A DNA stretch of 64,000 bases from Myxococcota bacterium (GTDB lineage Bacteria > Myxococcota_A > UBA796 > CAJQPC01), in the NCBI GenBank assembly GCA_036012755.1, contig DASCPX010000129.1, positions 192,001 through 256,000 of the forward strand, read 5' to 3'. Position 1 is the stretch's first letter. Each line of letters begins with the position of its first letter. The position numbers were made by a program, and so were the translations under genes. Shown one piece after another: positions 61,231 to 64,000 of this stretch. The notes below the pieces were generated by a model. The model saw only the letters and a program-made list of their open reading frames with translations. It had not been told where the DNA came from and made no database searches.

Positions 61231-61433
61231 CGGCCGGGTGGTCGTGAGCGCCGCGTTCACCCGCGAGGCAGCCAATGAGGAGGAGGTCGAGAGACATGAC
61301 CCATCTTCGGCCAGGTGAGCGCTGAGCGCGATCAATGCTAATCCGGACCTGCCCGCATCACGGCGGACCAGACACACCAGCGAGCGGCCTCGTTGGCCAC
61401 GGCTGGACGCCGGACTGGTAGCCCAGGAGACAC

Positions 61434-61604
61434 ATGACCAGGTTCCTCATCAAGGACAGCGACGACCTGCTCTCCTTCTGCAAGTGCGACACCGGGCTCG
61501 TCGGAGTCCCGGGCCAGCTGGACTGCCCCTGGTGCGGCTGTGGCTGGATGCTCAGCTGCATCGACTGCCGGAAGAGCTTCGTCTTCGCACGATGTCCGAG
61601 GTGA
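61434..61604 (+). CDS. 56-aa Cys-rich putative zinc-binding ORF, probably a truncated gene (not in the ORF track)
   Basis: AGGAGA RBS; MTRFLIKDSDDLLSFCKCDTGLVGVPGQLDCPWCGCGWMLSCIDCRKSFVFARCPR*. Confidence 0.55.
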   Translation: MTRFLIKDSDDLLSFCKCDTGLVGVPGQLDCPWCGCGWMLSCIDCRKSFVFARCPR

Positions 61605-62242
61605 TCTCCGAGGTGCACAGGGCAAGCAAGGGCAACCGTTGGCAGCCGAGCGCTACGGGCTGGACCTTCCGGGGTCTCATCGACGCCTTTCATCGGGTCT
61701 GTGAGGCGGTGGCCTACGCCCACAGCCGGGGGGTGGTGCACCGGGATCTCAAGCCTGCCAACGTCATGCTGGGCAACCACGGTGAGGTGCAGGTGGTGGA
61801 CTGGGGTCTGGCGAAGGTGGGAGGTCGGCCGGACCTGGCGGCGGAAGCTGGTGACCTCGATCCGGTTGTGACCGATCGGTCCCAGGACGATTCGCAGGCC
61901 ACGCACATGGGCGCTGTGACGGGCACGCCGGCGTACATGCCGCCCGAGCAGGCACGAGGTGAGATCGACCAGATCGATGCCCGGTCGGACGTGTACTCGC
62001 TGGGCGCCCTGCTGTACGAGATCCTGAGCGGACGCGTTCCGTACGAGGCGGCAAGTGGGTCGGCCGTGCTTGGTATGGTCAAGGCCGGCCCGCCCAAGCC
62101 ACCAGGCCGGGTGGTGGGGCTGGCCGACACCTTCAGCTGGCTCAGGCCCGAGGCGCGAAACGCTCCCACGAGCTTCCGCCGCTGCGGCGCCGAGCACCGG
62201 GTTCGCTTGGACATGTTCTGCCTCCTCCGAACCTCTACGTGA
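61592..62242 (+). pseudogene. Ser/Thr kinase fragment (C-lobe only)
   Basis: HRDLKPAN, DWGLAK, GTPAYMPPE and SDVYSLG are present. There is no Gly-rich loop or VAxK lysine. Confidence 0.75.
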
Positions 62243-63315
62243 GGCCGAGGAGCGGTTCAAGATGGATTCGCCGGACGCATACCCGACTGCTTGAGATTCT
62301 GTGCACCGCTGAAGCCCTGCTTGAGGTCTACATGGCAGAGGCGGGATTAGAACCAGGGGTCCGATTCGAGCTGCTTCAGAAGCGGGATGGCCTGCTCCGC
62401 GCTCTGGCACGCGACAGCCAGCACTCGTTGAAGGCTGTCGCGAGCTTCTTACGAGGTGCCTCGGCAGACCTGTACGACTTGGAGGTCGCACTCGTAGCGG
62501 CGATGAGGGCGCTGGGGTTCTACGCGTCCCACGTATCCGGAGCCGGGGAGCCCGACGGGGTTGGCGTCGGTCCCGAGGTTGCGCAGCCAGTTGACGAGGA
62601 GGAGGAGGTCACCAGTGCCGCTGTTCACTTCGCCCGCTTTGACGCCTTCGTGTTCACCATTGAAGCAAAGAGCTCCAAGAAGGTGCCGGATTTGGGCAAT
62701 CTGGATTTCGGCGGTCTTCACAGCCATCAGGTGGCCGCGGGGGCGACAGCCACGATGTTGGTGGCGCCCAGCTACCCAGGCGGCACGGTTCCGGAGGACA
62801 ATAGTCAAGCCGCACAGCGTGCCAGAAACCTCGGTGTCTCGTGTTGGACGATCGAATCCCTGGCCCGTGTCGTCGAAGCTGCCGAAGCCCGTCACGTCAC
62901 AACCGCCGAAGTTTCGTCGATTGTCCGTGAGTGCCGCACCCCGAAGCAGGTTGAGGCGGCGGTGGACAGATTGCTGTCCCAAACACCCTGGTCCCAACCC
63001 GACCTCTACCGCGCGATCCTCCGCGCGATCCGCCAGATGGATGGGAGGTTGCGCGACAGGAAACGTTCGATCTCGATGATCGAGACGGCCCTTACGTTCG
63101 ACGCAGACTTCACTCACGCCGCTGTTACTGGGGAAGCCATCGCGGCAGCCCTGCGCGTGCTCGCCAAGACCAGTCGTGGCATGCTTCATGTGACGAGCGA
63201 CGAGGTCGTGGTCATACGCGGCAGCCTTGACGAGCTCGAGCGGCGGGTGTCGTCGCTCACGGGCGCAGATGCGGCTTCTCGGCGTCGTGGTCTCTTCGTC
63301 GCCGGAGAGGAGTAG
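62239..63315 (+). pseudogene. PD-(D/E)xK restriction endonuclease-like protein, probably the C-terminal part of a larger ATPase-nuclease
   Basis: LE...ALGF...GAGEPDG...IEAKSS motif, no convincing start, and more A/T-ending codons than flanking genes. Confidence 0.55.
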
Positions 63316-63396
63316 AGGGCGGAATGGCGCCTAACGCCCGGTCCACCACACCCGGCGTCGCACCGATACGAGCGCCCTCCCGCACCCCACCCGCGC

Positions 63397-64000
63397 CTAC
63401 CGCCCTCGCCAGAAGACCAGCGCCTGGCCCGCGGGGCGGATCGGTTCGATGCGCTCCTGGTTTCGGGTCGACGGCATCTCGTAAGTCGAAAGGCTCAGGT
63501 TCTGGGCCGCCAGGAGCTCCTGCGGGAAGACTCCATCGATCACCGAGAGGTGCATCTCTCGCACATCGTCGAGGGCCCCGGAGGCGGCACGCTGGCGGGC
63601 GTCGACGACCGCCGCGGAGTGCAGCGCGTCGATCTCGCCGCCGCGCAGACCGAAGGCCTCGCTGATGTTGAGCAGCTCTTTCTCCTCCTCTTCGTAGGGG
63701 AGGATCAGCTCGCCGGAGCGGGCCGCGAGCAGGTCGGCTGCGAACAGATCCCTGGCCACGCCGTTGTACTGGCCCGGCGCGCGGGCGTCCGCGATCTGCT
63801 GGTTGCTGGTCTCGCTGAGGTCTCCGGCGTCACCGCCGCTCCAGACGACGTCCACGAGCTCGGTGAGGTGGCCGTGGAGCTCCTCTCCCTGGACCTGGCG
63901 AATGACGAGGGAGTCGTCGACGCCGTCGATCCGTACCGGCTGATCCGCGAGGGCGTAGACCACGTTGCGGGGGTCCTCGCCGTTGAAGACGGACAGCCGC
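63397..64000 (-). CDS. Hypothetical protein, 3' part (runs off the window edge)
   Basis: The frame is open to position 64000 with host-like codon usage; I recognise no family. Confidence 0.6.
   Translation of the reverse strand, partial: RLSVFNGEDPRNVVYALADQPVRIDGVDDSLVIRQVQGEELHGHLTELVDVVWSGGDAGDLSETSNQQIADARAPGQYNGVARDLFAADLLAARSGELILPYEEEEKELLNISEAFGLRGGEIDALHSAAVVDARQRAASGALDDVREMHLSVIDGVFPQELLAAQNLSLSTYEMPSTRNQERIEPIRPAGQALVFWRGR

Noticed and set aside
63329..63335. GCCTAAC after the nuclease stop as an integron attC half-site
   Set aside because: It matches RYYYAAC, but I found no downstream GTTRRRY partner or hairpin, and no integrase in the window.

Overview
This is a gene-dense, high-GC chromosomal window that looks like Myxococcota or a related deltaproteobacterial lineage. 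The supporting signs are MYXO-CTERM-like tails, a TIGR02266-type PilZ protein, an FHA-sigma54 activator, Hanks kinase-ATPase-TPR proteins and many Asp/Cys-rich 'MopE-like' repeat surface proteins. I call about 50 CDS, mostly envelope or secreted proteins, transporters and signalling proteins. I saw no rRNA, tRNA, CRISPR array or transposase. The main observations are: (1) an operon at 27.1-30.0 kb with three tandem paralogous ~100-aa membrane proteins ending in TM-CCCC-x-YYY(Y), coupled to an unknown protein, a YidD-like protein with a leader peptide and a TPR/TM2 protein; (2) at least 11 lipoprotein-like genes with ultra-short, uncharged signal peptides (M-x5-8-C), several apparently on leaderless mRNAs; (3) an AckA-PduL fusion with no microcompartment genes nearby; (4) an AAC4-like lipoprotein behind a sigma54-type promoter; and (5) many eroded genes, including a mosaic of fragments at 61.4-63.3 kb with a foreign-looking nuclease fragment. 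All family assignments come from motif recognition by eye, not database searches.
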